Origin: Rhizobiaceae bacterium | GTDB taxonomy: Bacteria > Pseudomonadota > Alphaproteobacteria > Rhizobiales > Rhizobiaceae | DNA: 43,565 bases | Assembly (NCBI GenBank): GCA_027000565.1 | Contig: JALTNS010000339.1 | Span: 1-43,565 of the forward strand | Direction: 5' to 3' | In this document: piece after piece, positions 19,021-30,675 of the stretch | How positions within the stretch are numbered: position 1 is the first letter of the stretch | Layout: every line of letters begins with the position of its first letter | Notes under the pieces: model-generated | What the model was told of the DNA's origin: nothing | Databases searched by the model: none | What the model saw: only the letters and a program-made list of their open reading frames with translations | Position numbers and translations under genes: made by a program

Positions 19021-19659
19021 TCACAAATCCTGTTCCTGCGTCTTGACGATCAACGAGCGCTCACGCAGGAACGGGTGAATTTTAACCGCCTGTTTTAGAA
19101 TTTTCTGACCGGTAGAAAAGCGCCCCTGACGCATGAGTATCTGCGCCTGACCGGCCAGCGCGCCAAAATGTCTTGGCTCCAGTTCCAGCGCCTTTTCAAC
19201 ATCGCTCAAGGCGCTGTCAAATTTTTCCTGCAGGAACAGGATAAACGCCCGCTGGTTCCAGCCCTCGGCATAACCGGGTGCTTTTTCAATCACCTGGTCA
19301 AGAATTTTTCTGGCCTTTTCAAAATCATACCAGCGACGCGCTTCCATCGCCTGCTTGATCAATGCCTGGATTTCCCTGTTCGGCTGGCTCATCCAGTTTT
19401 GCCAGATTTCATTTTCAATTTCGCGCGCCTGCTGTTCACTGGTCGCTGATGCCAGCAGTTCAAACAACCGGTCCTGCCGAATTTCAATGGCCGTTTTGCT
19501 AATTTGTGAAACGTCGGTAGAATCGGCCGCAGCCCAGGCGCCGCCGGGCAGGCTGCCGGTCGATAGTGCAATAGCAACAAGGGCGGATATCCCGACCGTG
19601 AATATTGGGTTATGAAGCAATTTTATCCATCGCCTCCGCAAGTTTGAAATCCAGCTCAC
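19021..19659 (-). CDS. Secreted TPR-repeat protein
   Basis: N-terminal signal-like segment ([26 protein letters not shown]). TPR-like helices ([31 protein letters not shown] ...). Confidence 0.65.
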   Translation of the reverse strand: MSWISNLRRRWIKLLHNPIFTVGISALVAIALSTGSLPGGAWAAADSTDVSQISKTAIEIRQDRLFELLASATSEQQAREIENEIWQNWMSQPNREIQALIKQAMEARRWYDFEKARKILDQVIEKAPGYAEGWNQRAFILFLQEKFDSALSDVEKALELEPRHFGALAGQAQILMRQGRFSTGQKILKQAVKIHPFLRERSLIVKTQEQDL

Positions 19660-19921
19660 TCAGCCCGCCCACATCGTGGGTTGAGAGTGTCACGTCAACC
19701 CGGTTATACACATTGAACCATTCTGGATGATGGTTGGTTTTTTCCGCAATCAACGCAGATCGGGTCATAAAGCCAAAAGCCTGATTGAAATTTTCAAACC
19801 TGTATTGGCGGCAGATGGCACTGCGCCCCTCGACCATTTGCCAATCCGCAAGGCGGGCAAGTCCCTGCTCAACTTGACTGTCAGATAATCGCTCGACCAC
19901 AACACACCTCGATGGTTTCAA
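19610..19921 (-). CDS. phhB: 4a-hydroxytetrahydrobiopterin (pterin-4a-carbinolamine) dehydratase
   Basis: 103 aa with the NHHPEW..VYNRV...LSTHD core of the PCD family. Confidence 0.9.
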   Translation of the reverse strand: MKPSRCVVVERLSDSQVEQGLARLADWQMVEGRSAICRQYRFENFNQAFGFMTRSALIAEKTNHHPEWFNVYNRVDVTLSTHDVGGLSELDFKLAEAMDKIAS

Positions 19922-19936
19922 GGTGTCAGTGTGCCA

Positions 19937-20893
19937 TCAACCCATGGATTTTTCAATCATGTCCAGTGTCTGCATCGCCGGCAGGCACTGGGCAACGCTG
20001 CCATTGGGTTCACGTCCTTCGCGAATAGCCGAGACAAATTCCCGGTCAATCAGTTCAATACCGTTCGACGATACCGCCACGCCGGAGAGGTCAATCTGGT
20101 TTTCGCGCCCGTCATAAAGATCGTCATAACGCGCAATCCAAGTGCCCTCTTCACAGATATAACGAAAGAAAGTGCCAAGCGGTCCATCATTGTTAAACGA
20201 AAGCGACAGGGTGCAAATCGCCCCCGAAGGCACTTTCATGCCAATTGACATGTCCATTGCGATGCCCAGTTCCGGGTGCGTCGGTCCCTGCAAACCAAAA
20301 GCCTTGTTTGCCACCTCGCCGGTCTGGTATTGAAACAGATCGACCGTATGGCAGGCGTGGTGCCACAACAAATGATCGGTCCAGCTGCGCGGATTGCCCA
20401 GCGCATTCATATTGGTACGGCGGAAAAAATAGGTCTGCACATCCATTTGCTGAATATGCAACTCACCTTTCTTGATTCGGTTGTGTATCCATTGATGTGA
20501 TGGATTGAACCGCCGCACATGGCCGGCCATCGCAACCTTGCCGGTATTCTTTTGCACCCGCACAAGTTCTTCGCTGTCAGCCAGATTGTCAGCCATCGGA
20601 ATTTCGACCAGCACATGTTTGCCTGCCTCAAGGCACTGGATGGCCTGTTTGGCATGCATCTGTGTCGGGGTTGAAAGAATTACCGCGTCAACATCATCGC
20701 GCGCCAGACTTTCGGCCAGGTTGTCGGTTGCATGGCCAATGCCGCGACCTTTGGCAAATTCTGAGATTGCATCAAGTTTCCGACCCACCACCGAAGTCAC
20801 CTCAACCCCGTCAATTTGAGCCAAAGCATCCAGATGTTTGACACCAAATGCACCGGCAGCGCCTGCAACGCAAATCTTCATTGTAACCTCCAA
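19937..20893 (-). CDS. ligC: 4-carboxy-2-hydroxymuconate-6-semialdehyde dehydrogenase (Gfo/Idh/MocA family)
   Basis: Rossmann N-terminus KICVAGAAGAFGVKH. 318 aa Gfo/Idh/MocA architecture, with placement beside ligR and the ligAB cluster. The specific substrate is inferred from context. Confidence 0.75.
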   Translation of the reverse strand: MEVTMKICVAGAAGAFGVKHLDALAQIDGVEVTSVVGRKLDAISEFAKGRGIGHATDNLAESLARDDVDAVILSTPTQMHAKQAIQCLEAGKHVLVEIPMADNLADSEELVRVQKNTGKVAMAGHVRRFNPSHQWIHNRIKKGELHIQQMDVQTYFFRRTNMNALGNPRSWTDHLLWHHACHTVDLFQYQTGEVANKAFGLQGPTHPELGIAMDMSIGMKVPSGAICTLSLSFNNDGPLGTFFRYICEEGTWIARYDDLYDGRENQIDLSGVAVSSNGIELIDREFVSAIREGREPNGSVAQCLPAMQTLDMIEKSMG

Positions 20894-20985
20894 GCAAAAA
20901 ATTCGATCGAATTACTGGCACAATCCGGCCTTTGTAACCAGTCGAAATTCCTTATCAGCTATTCAATTATTGAATGGCAGTTAAT

Positions 20986-22212
20986 TCATCCGGCCTCCGC
21001 CCCGCCGGCGATCCTGCGAATGATATCCAGAAACCGGTTATGAAGCGGTGTTGGTTGCCAGCTTTTACGATAACTCAGCCCGATTTCACGCTCGCTGCCA
21101 CTCATATCAATATTGATCTTCGCAAGAATGCCTTGCGCCAGTTCCCGCTCGATCTGGTGGGTGGAAATAATAGTTATGTAGTCTCCGCTTAACAGCAACG
21201 AACGGATAAGGCGCAAGGAGCTTGAAACGACCTTTACCGGTGTTGATTGCAAGTCCGCAATGCCCAGTTTGTCAAACAAATAACGTCCGGTCGGCGTATC
21301 CTGTGGTGGTGCAATCCAGTCGAATTCAGTCAGCTCGCCAAGGCTTAATCCGTGCCTTCCGGTCAGCGGATGGGTTTGGCGCGCAACCACCGCGAGTCGG
21401 TCTGTAAACAGGGTTTCCTGAACAATATCCTGACCGATCTCTTTCTGGCGCAGGGCGCCAATGATGAATTCGATGTCACCCTGCCGCAATTTTTTCAACT
21501 GTTCATCATAGGGCCCTTCGATAATTTGCACCTGGAGATTTTTATTCGCCGATACAAGTTCATCAATGGCGGCCGGGAGGATTTTTGAACGTGCCAATGG
21601 CAGAGAACCAATAAAAAGCCGTTGCGGGCGCGCATTTGTGCTGTGCTGAATTTCTCCCAGCCCATGGCGTAATTCCGAGGCCGCCAACATGGCGTGCTGA
21701 ACCAGAATTTCAGCAGCTTTGGTCAGCCGTACACCTCGTTGATGGGCCTCAAAAAGTCTCATGTCCGATAGTTTTTCAAGCTCCCGCGCGGCGCGGTGCA
21801 GCGATGGCTGGGAAACCTTGCTGTCCTGTGCCGCTGTGGTGAAATTGTTTGATCGCGAAAGAGCGATCAGCGCCCGCAGTTGTGTTGCGGTGAAAAACCG
21901 GTGAAAATCCGCATTCTTTGCCGAGGTGCCATTTGCTGCACTGGTCTTCAGCGAAAGGACCGCCCCCTGCCTGATCAGTTCCATTGCCCGCTCGGCCCGT
22001 GCGAGGTAATCGCGCCCGGTTGAGGTTACAAACATTCCACCCGAATGCCTGGCAAATAATTTTGTACCAATATCGCCCTCCAGTTTTGCGATGGCCTGGG
22101 AAATTGCCGGCTGGGACAAATGCACCTTGCTGGAGGCTCCGGAAATGCTGCCAAATTTTGCCACTGCAAGACATATCTGGAGATGCCGGAGATTGGGAAA
22201 TTGCTGAGCCAT
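20986..22212 (-). CDS. ligR: LysR-type transcriptional regulator with duplicated N-terminal HTH (LigR/PmdR-like by context)
   Basis: Two consecutive LysR HTH_1-like segments (aa ~7-70 and ~108-170), then a LysR substrate-binding domain. Divergent from the galB-ligKUIAB-pobA operon. Confidence 0.8.
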   Translation of the reverse strand: MAQQFPNLRHLQICLAVAKFGSISGASSKVHLSQPAISQAIAKLEGDIGTKLFARHSGGMFVTSTGRDYLARAERAMELIRQGAVLSLKTSAANGTSAKNADFHRFFTATQLRALIALSRSNNFTTAAQDSKVSQPSLHRAARELEKLSDMRLFEAHQRGVRLTKAAEILVQHAMLAASELRHGLGEIQHSTNARPQRLFIGSLPLARSKILPAAIDELVSANKNLQVQIIEGPYDEQLKKLRQGDIEFIIGALRQKEIGQDIVQETLFTDRLAVVARQTHPLTGRHGLSLGELTEFDWIAPPQDTPTGRYLFDKLGIADLQSTPVKVVSSSLRLIRSLLLSGDYITIISTHQIERELAQGILAKINIDMSGSEREIGLSYRKSWQPTPLHNRFLDIIRRIAGGAEAG

Positions 22213-22374
22213 TGGTTGTCCGATAGGCTGGAATGTCTCACAATTGGTATCTGATAATCCCTGCTATAGCAAAAACTTATCTCCGTGCGGACTAAATCGA
22301 ATTGAATTTGTTCGCTGAAACTGAATAATTGTCCATGCCTCCCTGCATCCGGGCCCACAAACAGGAACACAATT
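22213..22374. promoter_or_regulatory. Divergent ligR / galB control region
   Basis: 162-bp gap between divergently oriented ligR and the catabolic operon. It contains an ATA-N8-TAT dyad (22254-22267). No canonical T-N11-A box could be assigned with confidence. Confidence 0.35.
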
Positions 22375-23112
22375 ATGGCTTCAAACAAATCTGCTTTGGT
22401 GATCAGCGCCCATGCTGCTGATTTTGTCTGGCGCGCCGGTGGAGCAATCGCCCTGCACCAGAAGAAGGGTTATGAGGTTACCGTCGTCTGTCTTTCCTAT
22501 GGCGAACGCGGCGAAAGCGCCAAGTTGTGGAAACAGGAAGGCATGACATTGGAAAGGGTCAAGGCGGCGAGGCGCGTTGAGGCTGAAAATGCAGCCCAAG
22601 CCCTTGATGTACACGACATCCAGTTTTTTGATTTGGGCGATTACCCGCTCAATCTCGACCGCGATGCGAAGTTTCGATTGGTCGACGTGATCCGCGCGGT
22701 GCAGCCAAAATTCATGATGAGCCATTCGCAATATGACCCCTATAATACCGATCACATGTACACCACCGAAGTGGCAATGGAATGCCGGATGATTGCCCAG
22801 GCCTGGGGTCATAATCCGGGTGAGAAGGTGCTTGGCGCACCACAGCTATATCTGTTTGAACCCCATCAAAGCGAGCAAATGGGCTGGAAGCCGAATATCT
22901 TTCTCGATATTTCAGAGGTTTGGGACAAAAAACGCGCGGCAATCGAGTGCATGCAGGGGCAGGAACACCTGTGGAATTTCTATACCAATGTGGCCGAGAA
23001 TCGCGGCAATCACTTTCGGCGTAATTCCGGCGGCCAGGCGGGTGGAACGCCAGCAAAATATGCCGAGGGTTTTCAGGCAATTTATCCTCAAACCGTGGAT
23101 GAACTGACATGA
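22375..23112 (+). CDS. galB: 4-oxalomesaconate (4-carboxy-2-hydroxymuconate) hydratase, GalB type (PIG-L/LmbE fold)
   Basis: LmbE/PIG-L-like N-terminus [16 protein letters not shown] and YGERGES. It sits in the hydratase position of the 4,5-cleavage operon. ATGA overlap with the next gene. Confidence 0.75.
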   Translation: MASNKSALVISAHAADFVWRAGGAIALHQKKGYEVTVVCLSYGERGESAKLWKQEGMTLERVKAARRVEAENAAQALDVHDIQFFDLGDYPLNLDRDAKFRLVDVIRAVQPKFMMSHSQYDPYNTDHMYTTEVAMECRMIAQAWGHNPGEKVLGAPQLYLFEPHQSEQMGWKPNIFLDISEVWDKKRAAIECMQGQEHLWNFYTNVAENRGNHFRRNSGGQAGGTPAKYAEGFQAIYPQTVDELT

Positions 23113-23780
23113 ATGTCGTTGTAGAGAATATCAAACGGGCAGACCCGGCGGTCGTTTACGAACTGGGTAAGTGCGGGGTTGCGACCGTGCACGAGGCACA
23201 AGGGCGCACGGGTCTGCTCGCCTCCTATATGCGGCCAATCTATGCAGGCGCAGCCATCGGTGCTTCGGCGATCACGATTCTCGCCCCGCCCTGCGATAAC
23301 TGGATGGTTCATGTGGCCATCGAGCAGGTGCAGGAAGGCGATATTCTGGTGCTGGCCACCACATCACCGTCGGATGCCGGCTATTTTGGCGACCTGCTGG
23401 CAACTTCAATGCAGGCCCGTGGCGGGATCGGGCTGATTATTGATGCCGGTGTGCGCGATATTCGTGATTTGACCGAGATGAAGTTTCCCGTCTGGTCCAG
23501 GGCCATATGCGCCGAGGGCACGGTGAAAGAAACCCTTGGTTCGGTCAATATTCCCGTGGTTTGCGCCGGAGCACTGGTCAATCCCGGCGATGTTATTGTA
23601 GCTGATGACGACGGGGTTTGTGTTGTACGTCGCGAGGAAGCAGAAGAGGTGTTGGAAAAGGCACAGGCACGCATGGCGCTGGAAGAAGAAAAGCGCAAGC
23701 GTCTGGCATCCGGTGAACTTGGCCTTGATATGTATGCCATGCGCAAGCGACTGGCTGATAAAGGCCTGAAATATGTATAA
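23109..23780 (+). CDS. ligK: 4-carboxy-4-hydroxy-2-oxoadipate aldolase / oxaloacetate decarboxylase (RraA-like)
   Basis: RraA-fold motifs GYFGDLLA...[13 protein letters not shown]. 223 aa. Confidence 0.85.
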   Translation: MNVVVENIKRADPAVVYELGKCGVATVHEAQGRTGLLASYMRPIYAGAAIGASAITILAPPCDNWMVHVAIEQVQEGDILVLATTSPSDAGYFGDLLATSMQARGGIGLIIDAGVRDIRDLTEMKFPVWSRAICAEGTVKETLGSVNIPVVCAGALVNPGDVIVADDDGVCVVRREEAEEVLEKAQARMALEEEKRKRLASGELGLDMYAMRKRLADKGLKYV

Positions 23781-24828
23781 TTCCTCACCTTGCATGTGGA
23801 TGCGCGGCGGCACCTCCAAAGGCGGTTTTTTTCTGGCAGAGGACCTGCCGCAAGGTATTGAGGCGCGCGACGCCTTTCTGCTGGCAATCATGGGTTCACC
23901 CGATTTGCGCCAGATCGACGGTATGGGCGGGGGCGACCCCTTGACCTCCAAAGTTGCAGTGGTTTCAAAATCATCAACTCCGGGCGTTGATGTGGACTAT
24001 CTGTTCTTGCAGGTGATGGTCGATCGGGCAATTGTTAGCGATGCGCAAAACTGCGGCAATATGCTGGCAGGCGTTGGCCCGTTTGCCATCGAACGCGGGC
24101 TGGTTGCCGCCAATGACGGACAGACAAAAGTTTCCATATACATGAAGAACACCGGCAAGATCGCCACCGCAATTGTTGAAACCCCGGACCATAAGGTCAG
24201 TTATAGGGGCGATGCTCGAATTGACGGGGTGCCGGGCACTGCAAGCCCGGTGATGATCGAATTTAGTGACACGGCCGGATCAAGCTGCGGAGCGCTGCTG
24301 CCAAGCGGTAATGCGATTGATGAAATTGACGGCATAGAAGTGACAATGATCGACAATGGCATGCCCTGCGTGGTGTTGCGGGCTTCTGATATGAATATTT
24401 CCGGCCTCGAGACCCGTGAGAAACTTGAAGCAGATGGGGATTTACGCACCCGCCTTGAGTCCATCCGTCTTAAAGCCGGGCCGGCAATGAACCTTGGCGA
24501 TGTGGCGCAAAAAACCGTTCCGAAAATGACCATGGTCAGTCCGCCCGTGAATGGCGGTGCGATCTCAACCCGCACATTTATCCCCCACCGTTGCCATGCC
24601 TCGATTGGTGTTCTGGGTGCGGTCAGCGTCGCCACCGCTGCGATGCTGGAAGGCTCAACCACCGCTGACCTTGCCGATATTCCGCCGGGCAACCCGAAAC
24701 ATCTGAAAATCGAACACCCGATCGGCGAGACTACAATTGTTGCCGGTTTGGACGACAAGGGAAATGTTGAAAGTGCTGCCATTTTGCGCACCGCGCGCAA
24801 ACTTTTTGACGGAAGGGTGTTTGCCTGA
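23773..24828 (+). CDS. galD: 4-oxalomesaconate tautomerase (PrpF family)
   Basis: PrpF-family motifs [11 protein letters not shown] and QNCGNMLAG. 351 aa. Equivalent to LigU. Confidence 0.85.
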   Translation: MYNSSPCMWMRGGTSKGGFFLAEDLPQGIEARDAFLLAIMGSPDLRQIDGMGGGDPLTSKVAVVSKSSTPGVDVDYLFLQVMVDRAIVSDAQNCGNMLAGVGPFAIERGLVAANDGQTKVSIYMKNTGKIATAIVETPDHKVSYRGDARIDGVPGTASPVMIEFSDTAGSSCGALLPSGNAIDEIDGIEVTMIDNGMPCVVLRASDMNISGLETREKLEADGDLRTRLESIRLKAGPAMNLGDVAQKTVPKMTMVSPPVNGGAISTRTFIPHRCHASIGVLGAVSVATAAMLEGSTTADLADIPPGNPKHLKIEHPIGETTIVAGLDDKGNVESAAILRTARKLFDGRVFA

Positions 24829-25775
24829 TGCCGGACAACAGCAACAATGCAGAAAAGCAAATCATGGATGCCGACTGGCGGCCCTTTCACGCAAACCCGA
24901 AAAAGCCGGACTTTCATCCGCCAAAAGGCGCGGTTGATGCCCATTGCCATGTGTTTGGCCCGGCGCAACAATTTCCGTTTGCGCCAACCCGCAAATATAC
25001 CCCGTGTGATGCATCAAAAGATCAATTGTTCGCGCTGCGTGATCATCTTGGTTTTTCGCGCAATGTGATTGTTCAGGCCTCCTGCCACGGCAACAACAAT
25101 GATGCGCTGGTCGACGCGCTTAAATCAGCCAACAATCTCGCCCGCGGTGTGGCCGTTATTTCACCCGATATATCGGATGACGAACTCAAAACCATGAACG
25201 ATGCGGGCGTTCGCGCGGTGCGTTTCAACTTTGTCAAACGACTGGTTGATGCCACACCAAAATCCGTATTCTTGGGCATTGCCGAACGCATTGCGAGGTT
25301 TGGCTGGCACATCGTGGTCTATTTTGAAGCGGCTGACCTTGAGGAACTGATACCGTTTCTGGAATCCCTGCCAACCCCGATCGTCATCGATCACATGGGG
25401 CGTCCTGACATTGCCAAAGGCATTGATGATTGGGGCTTTCAAAAATTTATTCGGTTTATGGACAATAATCCCGGCATCTGGACCAAGGTTTCCTGCCCTG
25501 AACGGTTGAGCGAATTTGGCCCGCCCTATGATGATGTAATTCCGTTCTCGCGATTGCTGGTTGAACAATTTACCGACCGTGTGCTGTGGGGCACCGACTG
25601 GCCGCACCCGAACATGAAATCGCACATGCCGGACGATGGGCAACTGGTTGATTTAATTCCGCGCATTGCGCCGACAATAAACCAACAACAGGCATTGCTG
25701 GTCGACAATCCAATGCGCCTGTACTGGCCTGAACAGGCCGATAACCCCAAGGAGAATATCGATGGAACTGTCTGA
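24828..25775 (+). CDS. ligI: 2-pyrone-4,6-dicarboxylate hydrolase (amidohydrolase_2)
   Basis: VDAHCHVFGP, IDHMGRP and WGTDWPHPN motifs. Its start overlaps the galD stop (TGATG). The alternative Met at 24864 is possible. Confidence 0.85.
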   Translation: MPDNSNNAEKQIMDADWRPFHANPKKPDFHPPKGAVDAHCHVFGPAQQFPFAPTRKYTPCDASKDQLFALRDHLGFSRNVIVQASCHGNNNDALVDALKSANNLARGVAVISPDISDDELKTMNDAGVRAVRFNFVKRLVDATPKSVFLGIAERIARFGWHIVVYFEAADLEELIPFLESLPTPIVIDHMGRPDIAKGIDDWGFQKFIRFMDNNPGIWTKVSCPERLSEFGPPYDDVIPFSRLLVEQFTDRVLWGTDWPHPNMKSHMPDDGQLVDLIPRIAPTINQQQALLVDNPMRLYWPEQADNPKENIDGTV

Positions 25776-26121
25776 TTTTGACCATCATGCACCGATTGAG
25801 GGAACCACGCTGTTTGACGGTGAAATGGCAATGAAGGGTTATGCCCTGAACAAGATGTGTTATTCCTTCAACAAGGCCGAGGCCCGGGAGGCATATCTTG
25901 CCGATCCGGAATCCTATTTCGACAGGTTTGGCCTCAATGAAGAGCAGAAACAGGCCTGCCGCAACAAAAACGTGCTGGAGATGATTGCCGCCGGCGGCAA
26001 CATCTATTACCTCGCCAAATTTGCGGGCATCTACAAATTGAACATGCAGGACATCGGTGCTCAGCAAACCGGCATGAGCGTTGATGCATTCAAAGAAAAA
26101 CTGTTGCGGGCGGGAGACTAG
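25762..26121 (+). CDS. ligA: Protocatechuate 4,5-dioxygenase alpha subunit
   Basis: 119 aa small subunit immediately upstream of ligB. GYALNKMCYSF segment typical of LigA. Confidence 0.85.
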   Translation: MELSDFDHHAPIEGTTLFDGEMAMKGYALNKMCYSFNKAEAREAYLADPESYFDRFGLNEEQKQACRNKNVLEMIAAGGNIYYLAKFAGIYKLNMQDIGAQQTGMSVDAFKEKLLRAGD

Positions 26122-26123
26122 AC

Positions 26124-26972
26124 ATGGCCAAGATAATCGGTGGACTGACCACCTCGCATATTCCAGCGGTCGGCAATGCGATTGCCAATGAACTGTTTGA
26201 CGAACCTTACTGGAAGCCGTTTTTTGATGCCTATCCGCCGATCCGTGAGTGGCTGGATAAACACAAACCCGATGTGGCGATCAATATCTATAATGACCAC
26301 GGTCTCGGATTTTTTCTCGACCAGATGCCGACCTTTGCGATTGGTGCGGCGCACGAATATGTCAACGAGGACGAAGGCTGGGGACTGCCCAAGGTGCCAC
26401 CGTTTCCAGGCGATGCAAAACTTTCCTGGCACATTATCGAAAGCATGGTTGAAGACGAATTTGATATAACCTCGTGTCAGGAGCTGGCGGTTGACCACGG
26501 TTTTACTGTACCGATGCAATTGTTCTGGCCAGGGCTTGGCGACAATCCCAACATGCCGCGGGCGATCCCTATCAGTGCCAATACGGTGCAACACCCGATT
26601 CCGACCCTCAAGCGGGCGCTTGATTTTGGCAAGGCACTGGGTAAGGCGATTCGCTCCTACCCGGATGACATCAAGGTTGTGGTGCTCGGAACCGGTGGAC
26701 TTTCCCATCAACTGGACGGCGAACGCGCCGGGCACATCAACAAGGAATTCGACCAGATGTGCATGGAAAAAATTGTCACCGATCCGGAGGCGCTGACCAA
26801 AATCTCCCGCCATGAACTGGTCAAGCAGGCAGGATCCCAGGGCACCGAGTTTTTAATGTGGATGATGATGCGCGGTGCGCTTGGTGACAGGGTCAATAGC
26901 CTGCACCAGAATTATCATATCCCGATTTCCAATACCGGCGCCGGCACCATGATGCTCGAATGCGTTGAGTAA
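26124..26972 (+). CDS. ligB: Protocatechuate 4,5-dioxygenase beta subunit (class III extradiol dioxygenase)
   Basis: LigB-family motifs (YNDHG, VDHGFTVP, GTGGLSHQL). 282 aa. Confidence 0.9.
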   Translation: MAKIIGGLTTSHIPAVGNAIANELFDEPYWKPFFDAYPPIREWLDKHKPDVAINIYNDHGLGFFLDQMPTFAIGAAHEYVNEDEGWGLPKVPPFPGDAKLSWHIIESMVEDEFDITSCQELAVDHGFTVPMQLFWPGLGDNPNMPRAIPISANTVQHPIPTLKRALDFGKALGKAIRSYPDDIKVVVLGTGGLSHQLDGERAGHINKEFDQMCMEKIVTDPEALTKISRHELVKQAGSQGTEFLMWMMMRGALGDRVNSLHQNYHIPISNTGAGTMMLECVE

Positions 26973-28178
<1,206 letters not shown>

Positions 28179-28180
28179 GT

Positions 28181-29851
28181 TTACAAGATTCCCGGCAGGT
28201 TGAGATCGTTTTCACGGGCGCAATCTATTGCGGTCTGATAACCGGCATCCGCATGGCGCATGACACCCGAAGCCGGGTCGTTCCACAATACCCGGCCAAT
28301 GCGACGTGCCGCATCATCGCTCCCATCACAGCAGATCACCATGCCGGAATGCTGGGAAAAGCCCATGCCGACGCCACCACCATGGTGCAGCGATACCCAG
28401 GTGGCACCCGAAGCACAATTGAGCAGCGCGTTTAACAGCGGCCAGTCGGATACCGCATCAGAGCCGTCTTTCATCGCTTCGGTTTCGCGGTTGGGCGAGG
28501 CAACCGAACCTGAATCAAGATGATCACGGCCAATCACCACCGGGGCCGACAATTCACCCGATTTGACCATCTCATTAAAGGCCAGACCAAGCCGGTGACG
28601 CTGGCCAAGACCAACCCAGCAAATCCGGGCCGGCAGCCCCTGGAATGAAATCCGCTGACGCGCCATGTCAAGCCAGTTGTGCAGGTGTGGATCATCGGGA
28701 ATAATCTCTTTGACCTTGGCATCGGTCTTGTAGATATCTTCCGGATCCCCGGAAAGCGCGCACCAGCGGAAAGGCCCGACCCCGCGACAGAATAGCGGGC
28801 GAATATACGCCGGAACAAAGCCCGGAAAGGCAAAGGCGTCACCAAGTCCTTCGTCTTTGGCGACCTGGCGGATATTATTGCCATAATCAAAGGTTGGCAC
28901 CCCACGTTTATGAAATTCAACCATCGCCGCCACATGGGTTTTCATTGAAGCGCAGGCGGCTTTTTCAACTTCTTTGGGATCGCTTTCACGTTTTGCTATC
29001 CACTCACCGACGGTCCAGCCCTGCGGCAGATAACCATTGGCCGGATCGTGGGCCGAGGTCTGGTCTGTGACCATATCGGGATTGATATTGCGGGCAACCA
29101 GTTCCGGGAAAATATCGGCCGCGTTGGCCAGCAGGCCGACCGATTTGGCCTCACCGGCTTTGGTCCATTTTTTGATCATTGCAAGCGCTTCATCAAGGCT
29201 TTCAGCTTTTGCATCGACATAACCGGTGCGCAGGCGAAAATCGATGCTTTCCGGGTTACACTCAACTGCCAGACAACAGGCCCCGGCCATGACAGCGGCC
29301 AGCGGTTGTGCCCCGCCCATGCCGCCAAGACCGGCGGTCAGTACCCAGCGGCCTTTCAAATCACCACCGTAATGCTGGCGACCGGCTTCGACAAAAGTCT
29401 CATAGGTGCCCTGCACAATACCCTGCGAACCGATATAAATCCACGATCCGGCGGTCATCTGGCCATACATCGCCAGACCCTTTTTATCGAGTTCATTGAA
29501 ATGATCCCAGGTTGCCCAGTGCGGTACCAGATTGGAATTGGCGATCAGAACCCGCGGCGCGTCCCTGTGGGTCTGGAACACACCCACCGGTTTTCCTGAC
29601 TGCACCAGCAGGGTTTGATCACCCTCAAGGTTTTTGAGCGTGGCGACAATCTTGTCGAAATCCTCCCAGGTGCGGGCCGCGCGGCCAATGCCACCATAGA
29701 CAATCAGTTCATGGGGATTTTCCGCCACATCAGGGTGCAGATTGTTCATCAACATGCGCATTGGCGCTTCGGTCAGCCATGATTTAGCGGTGATGTCGCT
29801 GCCCGTTGGCGGAAAAACATCACGGGTGTTCTTGCGCGATTTTGTAGCCAT
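28181..29851 (-). CDS. hutU: Urocanate hydratase
   Basis: [15 protein letters not shown] site and overall urocanase length. The start is taken at the Met whose ATG overlaps the hutG stop by 1 nt (TAATG). The track ORF extends 12 codons further, to 29887. Confidence 0.95.
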   Translation of the reverse strand: MATKSRKNTRDVFPPTGSDITAKSWLTEAPMRMLMNNLHPDVAENPHELIVYGGIGRAARTWEDFDKIVATLKNLEGDQTLLVQSGKPVGVFQTHRDAPRVLIANSNLVPHWATWDHFNELDKKGLAMYGQMTAGSWIYIGSQGIVQGTYETFVEAGRQHYGGDLKGRWVLTAGLGGMGGAQPLAAVMAGACCLAVECNPESIDFRLRTGYVDAKAESLDEALAMIKKWTKAGEAKSVGLLANAADIFPELVARNINPDMVTDQTSAHDPANGYLPQGWTVGEWIAKRESDPKEVEKAACASMKTHVAAMVEFHKRGVPTFDYGNNIRQVAKDEGLGDAFAFPGFVPAYIRPLFCRGVGPFRWCALSGDPEDIYKTDAKVKEIIPDDPHLHNWLDMARQRISFQGLPARICWVGLGQRHRLGLAFNEMVKSGELSAPVVIGRDHLDSGSVASPNRETEAMKDGSDAVSDWPLLNALLNCASGATWVSLHHGGGVGMGFSQHSGMVICCDGSDDAARRIGRVLWNDPASGVMRHADAGYQTAIDCARENDLNLPGIL

Positions 29852-30675
29852 TAATCCGGCCCTTTCGTTGAATGTTCGAGCGCCCATGTGGTCAGCGCTC
29901 CCAGTATTTTTTTCAAATGTATTCTCAGTTTTTCGGCCGGTTGTCTGGCAAAATCAAATGGCGGTTGTTCGCTTTGTAGATAGGTTGATTGGGCTAGTTC
30001 CATCTGGATCGCATGCACGCCTTTTTGCGGTTTGCCATAATGGCGGGTGGTCCAGCCACCCTTGAAACGACCATTGATGATTGACGAATATCCCCTGGCA
30101 CCGGCGCAAATTTCGCCAACCATTTGTTCGACCTCCTGTGCGCACGTTGCGCCTTCATTGGTACCAATATTAAAATCAGGCAATCCGCCTTCAAACAGGA
30201 ATGGAATTTGTGAACGGATGGAATGGCAGTCGTAAACCATAGCGATACCGAATTTGCCCACAACCCGGTCGATTTCGCTTTGCAGGGCCGCATGATAGGG
30301 CGTGTGAAATTTTATTGTTCGCCGCACAATTTCGTCTGCATCAGGCTCGCTGCCATCACAATAAATCAGCTGGCCGTTGAAGTCGGTCAACGGGCATAAT
30401 TGTGTGGTGTTTTGTCCCGGATACAAACTTGTCCCAGACGGGTCGCGATTGGCATCAATCACGTATCGATGAAACAGTGCCCGAACAATTGTCGCTTGCG
30501 GCATGAGCGACGAGTACAACCGGTCTATATGCCAGTCGGTATCCTCCAGCTTCTTGCCGCGCTGATTCAATTGCCTCTCAACATCTTCAGGTACAAAAAG
30601 ACCGGTATGGGGCATGGCGAGGATCAACGGGCTTTCACCGCGCACAATCTCAACGATGTGATTGTGGTCGCTCAT
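29851..30675 (-). CDS. hutG: N-formylglutamate amidohydrolase
   Basis: FGase-family motifs [14 protein letters not shown] and YDCHSI. 274 aa. Confidence 0.9.
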   Translation of the reverse strand: MSDHNHIVEIVRGESPLILAMPHTGLFVPEDVERQLNQRGKKLEDTDWHIDRLYSSLMPQATIVRALFHRYVIDANRDPSGTSLYPGQNTTQLCPLTDFNGQLIYCDGSEPDADEIVRRTIKFHTPYHAALQSEIDRVVGKFGIAMVYDCHSIRSQIPFLFEGGLPDFNIGTNEGATCAQEVEQMVGEICAGARGYSSIINGRFKGGWTTRHYGKPQKGVHAIQMELAQSTYLQSEQPPFDFARQPAEKLRIHLKKILGALTTWALEHSTKGPD

